Part shown: piece by piece, positions 51,053 through 59,488 of the stretch
How positions within the stretch are numbered: position 1 is the first letter of the stretch
How the letters are laid out: every line of letters begins with the position of its first letter
Origin: an uncultured virus (IMG/VR IMGVR_UViG_3300021404_000010)
Taxonomy: Duplodnaviria > Heunggongvirae > Uroviricota > Caudoviricetes
Length of the DNA stretch: 64,000 bases
IMG/VR virus record: IMGVR_UViG_3300021404_000010
Direction: 5' to 3' (one strand)
Notes under the pieces: model-generated
What the model was told of the DNA's origin: nothing
Database searches by the model: none
What the model saw: only the letters and a program-made list of their open reading frames with translations
Translations under genes and position numbers: made by a program

Positions 51053-51813
51053 CAGGTGCTCCCATCGATGATATCGCCGCGCGACTGCAAGAATTGCAGC
51101 AGGTTCTTCAGTGCGACGTTGCCGTTATAGCTGCCGGTGATGGTCCCCTTTGCGACCGGCGCCGTGCCGAGCACGCCGAGCTTGTTGCCGGTATCGCCCA
51201 CCATGACGTTCTCGGCCTTCAGCGTGACCGCCTGATTGGCGCCATCGACAAACACCACGGCCTCGCCCGCGCCGTTCGCGTAGAGCGTGATCGCCTGGTT
51301 CTTGCCATCGACCTGCACGACGGTTTTCTTGTCGTCGCTGCGAAGCTGCACGGTATCCGGATCGACGCCGCCGGCCGGCAGGTTCGGCTGGCTCCGCACC
51401 CCGACATGGGCGACCGCATCGGTGATGTCGTGCATCCGCCAGTCGGACGGCTGCAGCGTGCCGCCATGCTGGAACCAGTTGTCGATGCTCCGCTCGCTGA
51501 AACTCAGCCAGCACTCGTCGCCCGGCTTGACCGGGAAGGTGAGCGTATGGCCACCGCCGCCCGGGAAATGCACCGGCACGTCGTGGATCGGCGAGATGGA
51601 CACCGGCTTGAGCGTGCCGTCCGTCATGCGCTGGATCGCCTGGATCGCCGGCTGCACGACCGCGGTGACCGCCACCGCGTTGAAGCTGACGATGATGCCC
51701 GGCATGCCCGTGTGGATTTGCGCCTGTCGCCCGTCGAGTACGGTTTGCAGCGCCTCCAGATCATCGGCAGTGGTCTGCCGCAGGTCGAGCGTGGTGTTGG
51801 TATCGCCGCTCAT
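51052..51813 (-). CDS. Baseplate spike (Gp138-like)
   Basis: HTGMPGIIVSF; VQPAI; DVPVHFP..LTFPVKPGDEC; RMHDITDA. Confidence 0.88.
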   Translation of the reverse strand: MSGDTNTTLDLRQTTADDLEALQTVLDGRQAQIHTGMPGIIVSFNAVAVTAVVQPAIQAIQRMTDGTLKPVSISPIHDVPVHFPGGGGHTLTFPVKPGDECWLSFSERSIDNWFQHGGTLQPSDWRMHDITDAVAHVGVRSQPNLPAGGVDPDTVQLRSDDKKTVVQVDGKNQAITLYANGAGEAVVFVDGANQAVTLKAENVMVGDTGNKLGVLGTAPVAKGTITGSYNGNVALKNLLQFLQSRGDIIDGST

Positions 51814-52142
51814 GACATGACCCAGTAGAGATGCGAGCCCGTGCCGAGATCAGCGAAGGTCGGCACGTCGTCGGGGACGCCATCGGATTTCACCCATAGC
51901 TGTCCGCCGAAGTTGAGGTAGCCGAACTGCGCGAGCAGATCGGCGCCGGTGACCAGAGGAATGCCGCAGGCGATGGGGTTGCCCTGGTAGTCGTTGATGT
52001 CCATCACCCAGCCGCCGCCGCCGGCGCACGTCGAAGGCGCGTCGCGATAGGTGAACACCAACTGGTAGGTCGCGCCCGCGAGCGCGATGGTGAAAAACTG
52101 CGGCGTGCCCGACAGCGGGATTTCCGAGACCGTCCCGCTCAT
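51810..52142 (-). CDS. Baseplate plug-like small protein
   Basis: EIPL..PQFFTI.L..WVMDI...GIPLVTGADLLAQF. Confidence 0.8.
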   Translation of the reverse strand: MSGTVSEIPLSGTPQFFTIALAGATYQLVFTYRDAPSTCAGGGGWVMDINDYQGNPIACGIPLVTGADLLAQFGYLNFGGQLWVKSDGVPDDVPTFADLGTGSHLYWVMS

Positions 52143-52873
52143 GGCGTGGCCTTCTGTTGCTGCGAGCCCGTGATGTTGCTCAGCGTCGAGCGCAGCACCG
52201 GCGCCGGCTGCTGGTTGCCGGCATCGGTCGGCGGCTGGGTCGTTTGCGGGATCGCCTGCGCGTCCTGCGGCGGCGAGTCGGCCTCACCGAGATCGACAAT
52301 CAAGACTTCTTGCATGTGGCATTCGAGGATCAGCGCATATTCGGTGTGATGGTCGTTGGCGACCGAGAGTTCGGTGATCACCACCTGCTGGGCGTTGGTG
52401 CCCTGGCCGTCATAGGTGCGCTTGCCGGTGATCAGCGTGAACGGCTGGCGAGCGGCCTGCAGCGCGAGCAGCTTCTGGTAGATGCCGTTGACCCGCTGCT
52501 CGGTGAACAGGCCGAGGACACTCGATCCGGTCGCGGCCAGGGAGGCTCCGCCGGAGATCAGGCCCGTGGCCGCCTGCACCACCCCCCCTACGATGTTGGA
52601 ATTGCTCCACCCGCACCGCATCGTCACCGTGCGCGGCAGCATGAACATATGATCCGAGGCCGGCGAGCCCTTCGCCAGCGGATGTAGCGTCACCGTCGCC
52701 CGGTCGGAGAAGTGCTCCTCGATCGTCACGTCGGGAATGATCGCGCCGCCCGGTGTGCTGGCGTCGCCGATACTGCGCGGCAGGCGGATCCACGCCGGGA
52801 TCAGCCCGGTCGCCGCCAGGGCTTGCTGGCCGACGCCGGCGGCGACCGATGCGCCAAGCAGGGCGCCGCTCAT
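52139..52873 (-). CDS. Tail-tube initiator (Dit-like)
   Basis: PDVTIEEH.D...TLHP...SDH; YQKLLALQ...TGKRTY. Confidence 0.8.
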   Translation of the reverse strand: MSGALLGASVAAGVGQQALAATGLIPAWIRLPRSIGDASTPGGAIIPDVTIEEHFSDRATVTLHPLAKGSPASDHMFMLPRTVTMRCGWSNSNIVGGVVQAATGLISGGASLAATGSSVLGLFTEQRVNGIYQKLLALQAARQPFTLITGKRTYDGQGTNAQQVVITELSVANDHHTEYALILECHMQEVLIVDLGEADSPPQDAQAIPQTTQPPTDAGNQQPAPVLRSTLSNITGSQQQKATP

Positions 52874-54957
52874 CGAAGCACGCTCGCGGTGTTGCGCACC
52901 AGCGTCTCGTTGACGCGGTTCTGTGCCAGCACCACGCGATGCGCGGTATCGGCACCATCCGTGCCCGGCGGCACCTGGATCGTGGTCTGCTGATGGATCG
53001 TCACACCGCCACCCCCGCCGTCGCCATCGCCGGCGGACGCGACGGAAGTGGCTGGCATCGTGGGTCGGCCGCCCAGCGCCATCTGCACGCCGCGATCGAC
53101 CACACCAGGCGGCAAGCCGTGCCCGAGTTCGACGCGCGACATCGCCGTGACGATCTTCGCCATCAGCGCCGGATTGCCGGTGTCGATCGGCGCGTCCTTG
53201 TCGATGCCGACCTCGCGGGCAACGCGGGTGGCGTAGGCGGACGGATCATTGGCATCCTCGACCGGCGCCCAGCCATGCTCGCGTTTCCCGGTCGCCGGAT
53301 TGACCCTTCCCGCGATCAGTTCCATCAGCGTGTTCTGACCGTGCCGCGTCTGATCGATCTGGATTTGATTGACCATCGCGGCGACGCCCGATTCCCAGCT
53401 TTCAAAATGCCGGAACCCGCCGCCGCCCACGGGGCGCAAATTGCCAGGGTTGAGGTTGCGATCGCCGACGGTGTTGCCGGTGGTCGTCGTGGTGCCGCCA
53501 CCGCCGCTGGTCGCACCGTCGGAAGAACCAAACCCCAGCCAACCCCAGAACTGCTTGGCGCCCTGCTCGTGCAGCTTCTTGACCTGATCGGAATGGCCTT
53601 TGCCGAACGCCCAATCTTCGATCGAGTCTGACGCCTTATTCAGTTCGTCTTGCAGCCACGTCGTGATCAGTGCCGCCACGCCGACGGCGAGCGTCGAAGC
53701 GATCACGCCCGCGCCCGCGCCCGCGCCAGCGGCACCAGCGGCGGCTGGGGCGGCGAGGCCGAGCAGACGGCCCAGGCGTCCCACCACGCCCCCCGCGGCG
53801 AGCGCGACGCCGATCGCTCCCAAGGCCGCGACGATCGACCACATATTGACCTTGATGCCGGCGACCTCGACGCACCAATCCTTGAACTTGTCAACGAATG
53901 ACCAGTTGATTGCCGAGATGCCGCCGCTCTCCCAGACGGCATAGTCCTCGAGTATCAGCATCAGTGCCGACAGCGCCGTGATCCACGCCCCGATCGGCGA
54001 GCGCATCAGCGCGACACCGAACGCAATCAGCGCGCCCTCGACGATATCCAGCGCCGGTGCGACCTGGGTGAGCAGTTGGAAGATTTGCTGGAACCCGTCG
54101 ATCACATGGCCGACGATATCGACCAGCCCGGTCATCGCGCCGAGCAAGAACGCCACCGCCGCGGCCGCCGCCCGCAGCAACGCGGTGATCTGCGGCAGGT
54201 GCGCCTTGATGACCTCATACAGGTGCTGGAGGATCGGCCCGAGCCGTTCCATCAACGCCGCGCTGAACGCCTCGCGCATGGCGCGGAATTCGAGGCCGAT
54301 CGCGCGGAACTGGTTGCTGACCTCGTAAGAGTTCTTCTTCCACCGTTCCATCGCCGCGGCGTTCAGGCCGACCGCCTCGTAAACCTCCTTCTGGATTTTG
54401 AGGAAGCGTTCCCAGTCGCCGCTGCTTGCGGCCAGCATCTCGCGCATGCTGAAGCCAAACGATTCTGCCCAGGCCAGCGTCTGCGCGAACTGATTCCGCT
54501 GTGCGTCGGTGCCGTGCATGAACTCATAGGTGCCGCCGTGCGCGCGGAACCACTCGCCAAGCTGCCGGTAGCGGTCCGTCGTATCGGTCGCCGTGATGCC
54601 CAGCGAGCGCAGTTGCGCCGTCGCCGCGCCGCCGAACCTGGCGGACCATTCGGAGAACCGCTCGAGGCCCTGCGTCGCTTCCTCGCCCGAGATGCCGAGG
54701 TTGGACAGCGCGAAGGTGGTCGCCTTGATGTCTTGGACGGACGAGCCCATCCGCAGCGACATCCAGTAGAACTTCTCGCCGACCTCGGCGAGCGAGCGCG
54801 ACAGCGCGATCATCGCCGTCGTCAGCCCGACCAGTTCGGTCGCCAGCCCCTTGGTGCTGGTCGCGGCCTTGGTCAGCCCTTGCAGGAAACTCTGCTGCGA
54901 GGCGCCATCGACGACATAGCGGACCGAGACCAGGAATTCTTGCAGGGTATCGGCCAT
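52870..54957 (-). CDS. Tape measure protein with a C-terminal muramidase-like domain
   Basis: TLQEFLVS start; long helical and hydrophobic body; RNLNPGNLR..FRHFESWESG..WAP...ND..AY. Confidence 0.88.
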   Translation of the reverse strand: MADTLQEFLVSVRYVVDGASQQSFLQGLTKAATSTKGLATELVGLTTAMIALSRSLAEVGEKFYWMSLRMGSSVQDIKATTFALSNLGISGEEATQGLERFSEWSARFGGAATAQLRSLGITATDTTDRYRQLGEWFRAHGGTYEFMHGTDAQRNQFAQTLAWAESFGFSMREMLAASSGDWERFLKIQKEVYEAVGLNAAAMERWKKNSYEVSNQFRAIGLEFRAMREAFSAALMERLGPILQHLYEVIKAHLPQITALLRAAAAAVAFLLGAMTGLVDIVGHVIDGFQQIFQLLTQVAPALDIVEGALIAFGVALMRSPIGAWITALSALMLILEDYAVWESGGISAINWSFVDKFKDWCVEVAGIKVNMWSIVAALGAIGVALAAGGVVGRLGRLLGLAAPAAAGAAGAGAGAGVIASTLAVGVAALITTWLQDELNKASDSIEDWAFGKGHSDQVKKLHEQGAKQFWGWLGFGSSDGATSGGGGTTTTTGNTVGDRNLNPGNLRPVGGGGFRHFESWESGVAAMVNQIQIDQTRHGQNTLMELIAGRVNPATGKREHGWAPVEDANDPSAYATRVAREVGIDKDAPIDTGNPALMAKIVTAMSRVELGHGLPPGVVDRGVQMALGGRPTMPATSVASAGDGDGGGGGVTIHQQTTIQVPPGTDGADTAHRVVLAQNRVNETLVRNTASVLR

Positions 54958-56030
54958 CAGCCGACCCCCGGCTTCTGGCTGGCGGGATTGGCGGCGCGGG
55001 TGATGATCTCGGAATACCAGGGATTGCCGCGGGTATCGCCGTGGTGCTTCACCGACCAGACCCGAAAGACGCCGTCAGAGTTGGCGATCATCATCTGCTG
55101 CTGGATCACCGGCACCGTGTCCGTGGCCTGCCCCTTGCCTGATTGCGACAGCATTTTCCGGGTGAGGTCGCTCTCGTTGATGTGGATCGCGGAGCCCGGC
55201 TGGATCGACGGATTGAGCAAGGTCATCACCGATATGCCGCCGTCCATATTCTGGTGCGGGATGCCGATCATGCCGGTCTGCGAGTTGACCACGGTGATCG
55301 TCTGGGGCGGCGGGTCGTTCAGCGTTTGAAGGTTCAGCTTGCCGCTGCCATCGATGTAGCAGTAGCCGCCCGCGGTCTGCGTCACGTCGCGCACCACGTC
55401 ACGCGGCGAGCCAAGGAGCGTGCGCGCCCGCGGCGATTTCGCGTCGCCCAGGTCGGTGATCTGGCCGAGCGTCACCTTGCCGGACGACACGCTGCCCTGC
55501 GCCGCCGACATCGCGTCGGCGCAGGCTTTGAGCACGTCGTTCTGGGTATGCCCGGCGGGCAGCGTGGTATTGATGACCGCCTGATTGAGTGCCGGGTCGA
55601 AGTTGTTGGCATACATGCGCAGGTACGTATCGGTGGCGCTCTCCCGGCCGCGCTCGAACCAGATGATATCGCCGCTGAACAGCATGCTGCCGCCCGGGTG
55701 ATATCCGCTGGGGGCGCTCCCCTTGTAGTTCGGCAGCGCATAGCCGGCGAGCAGCGCGACGTTGGTGTATTGCTGGGCGATCCGCTTCATCAGGTTGTCG
55801 GAGAGGTTGTAGACCGTCGCCGTCATCCGCCATGGCATCAGCGACGGGTTCATCTCCACCTCGAAGGTGAAGCGAAAATCCGACAGCGACAGCGCCTTGC
55901 CCTGCTGGGTCTTGCTCGCCGTGCTATGCCCGACGTCGATCGGGCCGCTATCGGCCCCGCTTCCGATCACCAAGTCCCAGGCGCGGAGCCACAGCTTATT
56001 GTGTGGGGCGCTGCTTGATGGGTCGCTCAT
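54957..56030 (-). CDS. Baseplate hub protein
   Basis: VYNLS, LLAGY, FSGDI...RGRES, TGMIGIP, LLNPSI, HGDTRGNPWY. Confidence 0.85.
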   Translation of the reverse strand: MSDPSSSAPHNKLWLRAWDLVIGSGADSGPIDVGHSTASKTQQGKALSLSDFRFTFEVEMNPSLMPWRMTATVYNLSDNLMKRIAQQYTNVALLAGYALPNYKGSAPSGYHPGGSMLFSGDIIWFERGRESATDTYLRMYANNFDPALNQAVINTTLPAGHTQNDVLKACADAMSAAQGSVSSGKVTLGQITDLGDAKSPRARTLLGSPRDVVRDVTQTAGGYCYIDGSGKLNLQTLNDPPPQTITVVNSQTGMIGIPHQNMDGGISVMTLLNPSIQPGSAIHINESDLTRKMLSQSGKGQATDTVPVIQQQMMIANSDGVFRVWSVKHHGDTRGNPWYSEIITRAANPASQKPGVG

Positions 56031-56263
56031 CGGTTCCGCCTTTGCGCCTCTTGCCAGCGCCGCTCGTTCTCCGCCTCGACGTCGAGCGCGTGATGCGCGA
56101 GGGCGACGTGTTCGAGGTCGATGGTTCCGTCGAGCAGGCTCTCCATGCGGTAGACGCCGCGCAGCACCGGGCGCATGAGATACCAGTCGTCGTAGGTCAG
56201 ATAGTCGGTGCCAGTGTCGGCGGCCGGGGTCCATCCCCGGTTTGCCTGATAGACAAAAAACCC
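56027..56263 (-). CDS. Tail assembly chaperone, -1 frameshift extension
   Basis: The -1 frame from GGGTTTT reads GFFVYQ...DWYLMRPV...SLLDGTIDL...LDVEAENE. Confidence 0.75.
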   Translation of the reverse strand, partial: GFFVYQANRGWTPAADTGTDYLTYDDWYLMRPVLRGVYRMESLLDGTIDLEHVALAHHALDVEAENERRWQEAQRRNR

Positions 56264-56637
56264 CCGAGGTTGTCCTGCAGCACTTTGCCGGTGATTTCCA
56301 GAACCGTCGGCAGGTTGTCGAGATCCTCGAACATGAACGCCTTGGCGCGGGCGCTGAATATATCCGACCACACCGGACCGCTCCCGTTCCCCGCCTGCTG
56401 ACGCTGCACGGCGCCAGCGCAGGTCGCGATGACGAAATCCATGTCCTCGTCCTTCAGGCCGCTCAACGCTTCCAGAAAGCGCGAGACCTGCACGACGGGG
56501 TCGCTGCCATCGGCGCCCGTTTGCAGGGCGAGCATCGGACCGATGATCGGTCCGATCCGCTTGAGCACATGCATCTGCTGGAACGTGGTCAGCTTGCGCG
56601 CGCGGTAGAGGCGATCGTCGAGCGAGAACTCCAGCAT
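56197..56637 (-). CDS. Tail assembly chaperone
   Basis: MLEFSL...YRARKLTTFQQMHV.KRI...FMFEDL...VLQDNLGGF; follows the tube gene. Confidence 0.82.
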   Translation of the reverse strand: MLEFSLDDRLYRARKLTTFQQMHVLKRIGPIIGPMLALQTGADGSDPVVQVSRFLEALSGLKDEDMDFVIATCAGAVQRQQAGNGSGPVWSDIFSARAKAFMFEDLDNLPTVLEITGKVLQDNLGGFLSIRQTGDGPRPPTLAPTI

Positions 56638-57092
56638 CAGGGGCTCCCGCTCGTGCCGTCGCCGAGGATGCCGTCGATCATGCCGGCGTGGAACGCCCAC
56701 TCTTGCACCCCGCCATCTTTGGCATAGTTCACGTTGGGCCACCTCTGAAACGCGCACTGCCGGCAACTGATCTGGTCGCCGCGCGCCGGGTCGGAGATGA
56801 CGATCGTGTTGTTCCCCCACAGCGCCGAGGAAACCCGCTGCGCGTCGAGCATGACGGACAGCATCTGGTTGGTCGGCGAGGTTTTCAGGAAGCGCAACGT
56901 GACCGTGCCAGAGTTGCCGGCGTGCAGCGAGTGCATCACCGAGCCGTCGGCGCCGACGGTCATCGTGTTCTTCTCTTCCGTCATGGCGATGGAAATGCCC
57001 TCTTCGGCATTGCCGCTGCCATAGCCGAGACTGAAGCTGCCGCCAGGTCCGACGATGGTGGCAGCCACATCGATGAAGGAATATGTACTCAA
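56637..57092 (-). CDS. Tail tube protein (DUF3277-like)
   Basis: TYSFIDV..AEEGI..NTMTVGADGSVMHSLHA..LKTSPTN. Confidence 0.9.
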   Translation of the reverse strand: MSTYSFIDVAATIVGPGGSFSLGYGSGNAEEGISIAMTEEKNTMTVGADGSVMHSLHAGNSGTVTLRFLKTSPTNQMLSVMLDAQRVSSALWGNNTIVISDPARGDQISCRQCAFQRWPNVNYAKDGGVQEWAFHAGMIDGILGDGTSGSP

Positions 57093-57118
57093 GGCACGTC
57101 TCCTTTCGTGCTGTCAGT

Positions 57119-58267
57119 TCAAACCTGATCGACCATGGGGACGCCGGGCGCCTGGCTCTCCGCCCACGCTGTCGCGCCGCCGCGCAGCAGATTGGGATAA
57201 CGCACGCCGCCGCTGTGCCGGATCACCGCGCCGCCGCCCTGTTTCAATCGGGTGAGGCCGCCGGTCACCATCATCGCCAACTCCGCCGCGGTGCCGCCGT
57301 TGAGCCGAACGAAAGCATCGAAGGGCGCGTTCTCGTGGTCGTTGTGGTCGGGAGCGCCGCCCATCAGCCGCCCGCCGATATGCTGGCAGTCGATCGCGTG
57401 CAGCAGCCCGGGATGTTTGGTGGTGACGCTCTTGTATTTGCCGCCCGCCGGCAGCCCTTCCATGTCATACGGCGCGCCACCATGCCCGGCGCCGAACAGC
57501 CAACAGGAGTCGAACATCACCGCGCCCTGATCGACCGCGAGCACGCACGGCGTCATCGACTCCTTCGCCTCCCATTTGCATTGGCTGAACCACTGGTCCA
57601 CGCCATTGTTGCCTTCCATCAGCAACATCACCGCGTTGTTCGGCGACGACTCCCATCTGCAGCCTCTGAAATAAAGATTGTTGCTGGTGTCGCTGCCGTT
57701 GGTGTTCGGGCTGTGCAGATGCATCATCGGCACGCCGAGCGGATAGCCGACGCGCTTCTCGAGTTCGCTCGCCAGCACGGCGGTCGGATTGCAGAACCCC
57801 CCGCCGACCCAACTGCAGTCCTCGATGCGGCCGTCCCAGGTATTATCCGTGTAGAGGTGGCAGACGTACCAGCCCTGCCAATGCACGTTGAGCAGGCGCG
57901 GTTCATAGACCGAGACCATGCTGACGATGGGCTTGCTGAAGCCCCTGCCATCGAATTGCAGGTTCTCCAACTGCGGGCGTTCGATCATGTCGTGCGGATA
58001 TTCGGTGTTCGGCACGCCGCGCAGCGGTAGGATGATGATGTCGCGGCTGCGGGTGATGGTGGTCCCGCCACCGGCGCCCGGATAACCTTGGCCTAGCAAA
58101 CGGATCGGCTCGCGCGGCCACCTGATCTCGGTCTCGCAGATCCATTCACCGGCACCCAGCACAAGCTCGCGCGAGCCATCGTTCAGCGCGGTCTGGATGT
58201 GCTGACTGATCAGCGCGCCGGCGTCGCCTTGCCCTTTGGGGGATTCGTAGAATTTGGTTTGCGGCAT
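57119..58267 (-). CDS. Pectate-lyase-like parallel beta-helix protein
   Basis: IQTALN..ELVLGAGEW..IRLLGQG; LENLQFDG; recurring FxxCxW coils. Confidence 0.7.
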   Translation of the reverse strand: MPQTKFYESPKGQGDAGALISQHIQTALNDGSRELVLGAGEWICETEIRWPREPIRLLGQGYPGAGGGTTITRSRDIIILPLRGVPNTEYPHDMIERPQLENLQFDGRGFSKPIVSMVSVYEPRLLNVHWQGWYVCHLYTDNTWDGRIEDCSWVGGGFCNPTAVLASELEKRVGYPLGVPMMHLHSPNTNGSDTSNNLYFRGCRWESSPNNAVMLLMEGNNGVDQWFSQCKWEAKESMTPCVLAVDQGAVMFDSCWLFGAGHGGAPYDMEGLPAGGKYKSVTTKHPGLLHAIDCQHIGGRLMGGAPDHNDHENAPFDAFVRLNGGTAAELAMMVTGGLTRLKQGGGAVIRHSGGVRYPNLLRGGATAWAESQAPGVPMVDQV

Positions 58268-58283
58268 GTGGACTCTCCTGGGA

Positions 58284-58541
58284 TCAGGGGGGCGGCCGCG
58301 AGCGGCCGGACATGATGATCGCGACCAAAACGGGGATGGTTTCAGCCAGCCACTCGCGGAACAGCGACGGCCACGGCCGGTCCCAGCATTCGGGTTGCAG
58401 AAAGATCGCGCAGCGCGCGGTGATAAGCACCACCAGGATCGACGGTGTGATGATCAGCACGGCGAGCAGCAGCATCGCCCACCTGGCCGGGTCGAACGGC
58501 GGCTTAGGCGATGGTGGCGGCGGCGTCGGTGACGACGACAT
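58284..58541 (-). CDS. Small membrane protein (holin candidate)
   Basis: One or two hydrophobic segments; overlaps the end of the amidase gene. Confidence 0.5.
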   Translation of the reverse strand: MSSSPTPPPPSPKPPFDPARWAMLLLAVLIITPSILVVLITARCAIFLQPECWDRPWPSLFREWLAETIPVLVAIIMSGRSRPPP

Positions 58542-58890
58542 GGTAGCGATCAGCGTCGTCGCAGGCCGGGCCCGCGCCGCCCTTGGGCCGGATCGTACGC
58601 TGATGCACAGGCTGGCCCCGCCATTGGTCCATGACCACCAGCCCGGCATCGGTCGCCGAGATCAATATCGCCGCGTGGCTCGATCCGTCGGTGGCATTCG
58701 CGTAGCGGCCATTGGCATCGAACGTCGCGATCGCCGTGCCGCTTGGATGCGCGCCGCCGCGCACCTTCGCCCCGCGCCGCCATTGCGAGGTGTGCGGGGC
58801 GCCGGTGACCTCGCGCACGTACGCGACGCAGTGGCCGTTGCCGACCACTGCGCCCGTGTACTTGTCGTGCGTTGTAGAGACGAACGTCAC
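58504..58890 (-). CDS. BPSL0067-like (Tae-type, papain-fold) peptidoglycan amidase
   Basis: GHCVAYVR...TSQWRRG.KV..GTAIATFD..GRY...HAAI...VMDQW; GTGA-coupled. Confidence 0.82.
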   Translation of the reverse strand: MTFVSTTHDKYTGAVVGNGHCVAYVREVTGAPHTSQWRRGAKVRGGAHPSGTAIATFDANGRYANATDGSSHAAILISATDAGLVVMDQWRGQPVHQRTIRPKGGAGPACDDADRYHVVVTDAAATIA

Positions 58891-59405
58891 TTCGGCTCGG
58901 GGTGCGGCGGAATCGGAAGCCCGACAACCAATGACGGATCGACCGCGACGTAGCGCCAGCCGACGCCAGGAATGCCGGCGACGAGCCAATAGGTTTGCGG
59001 CTTCGGCAAACCCTGATCGGGCCGCACGGGACGCCCGCCAGCAGGCGGCAGGCCTTGATCGGGCGCAGGTGGCGCACCGCCAGTAGGCGGCAGACCCTGG
59101 TCTGGATGACCGCCGCCATAGATGGGCGGCCAGATGGTGCCGGGAGGTGTGCCAGGAGGCGCAGGCTGGATCGGATGGCTCGGCGTCAAAGGTGGAAACA
59201 CGCCGGGCGGCGGACGCGGCAAACCGTGACCGGGACGCTCACCGCCAATCGGCGGCAGGCCCAGACCCGGCAATCCCTGATCGGGATGCGTGTCATCGAT
59301 GCCATAGTCGGGATCGACGGCGCCCTCTTCATCGGGAAGCCCCTGATCGGGATGACCACCGCCGCGACGACCGCGGATTTTCAGAAAGCCTGTTACGAAC
59401 GGCAT
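58887..59405 (-). CDS. Pro/Gly-rich protein with PDQGLP repeats
   Basis: AAGGAG RBS; five PDQGLP plus one PGHGLP; C-terminal YWLVAGIPGVGWRYV. Confidence 0.75.
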   Translation of the reverse strand: MPFVTGFLKIRGRRGGGHPDQGLPDEEGAVDPDYGIDDTHPDQGLPGLGLPPIGGERPGHGLPRPPPGVFPPLTPSHPIQPAPPGTPPGTIWPPIYGGGHPDQGLPPTGGAPPAPDQGLPPAGGRPVRPDQGLPKPQTYWLVAGIPGVGWRYVAVDPSLVVGLPIPPHPEPK

Positions 59406-59488
59406 GTTTCGCTCCTTGGTTGGTGGTGTAGACACGTCGGCCCATACGCTCTTTCACGCCTCTCGCGTGTGACCGTTTGGGATCGTTC

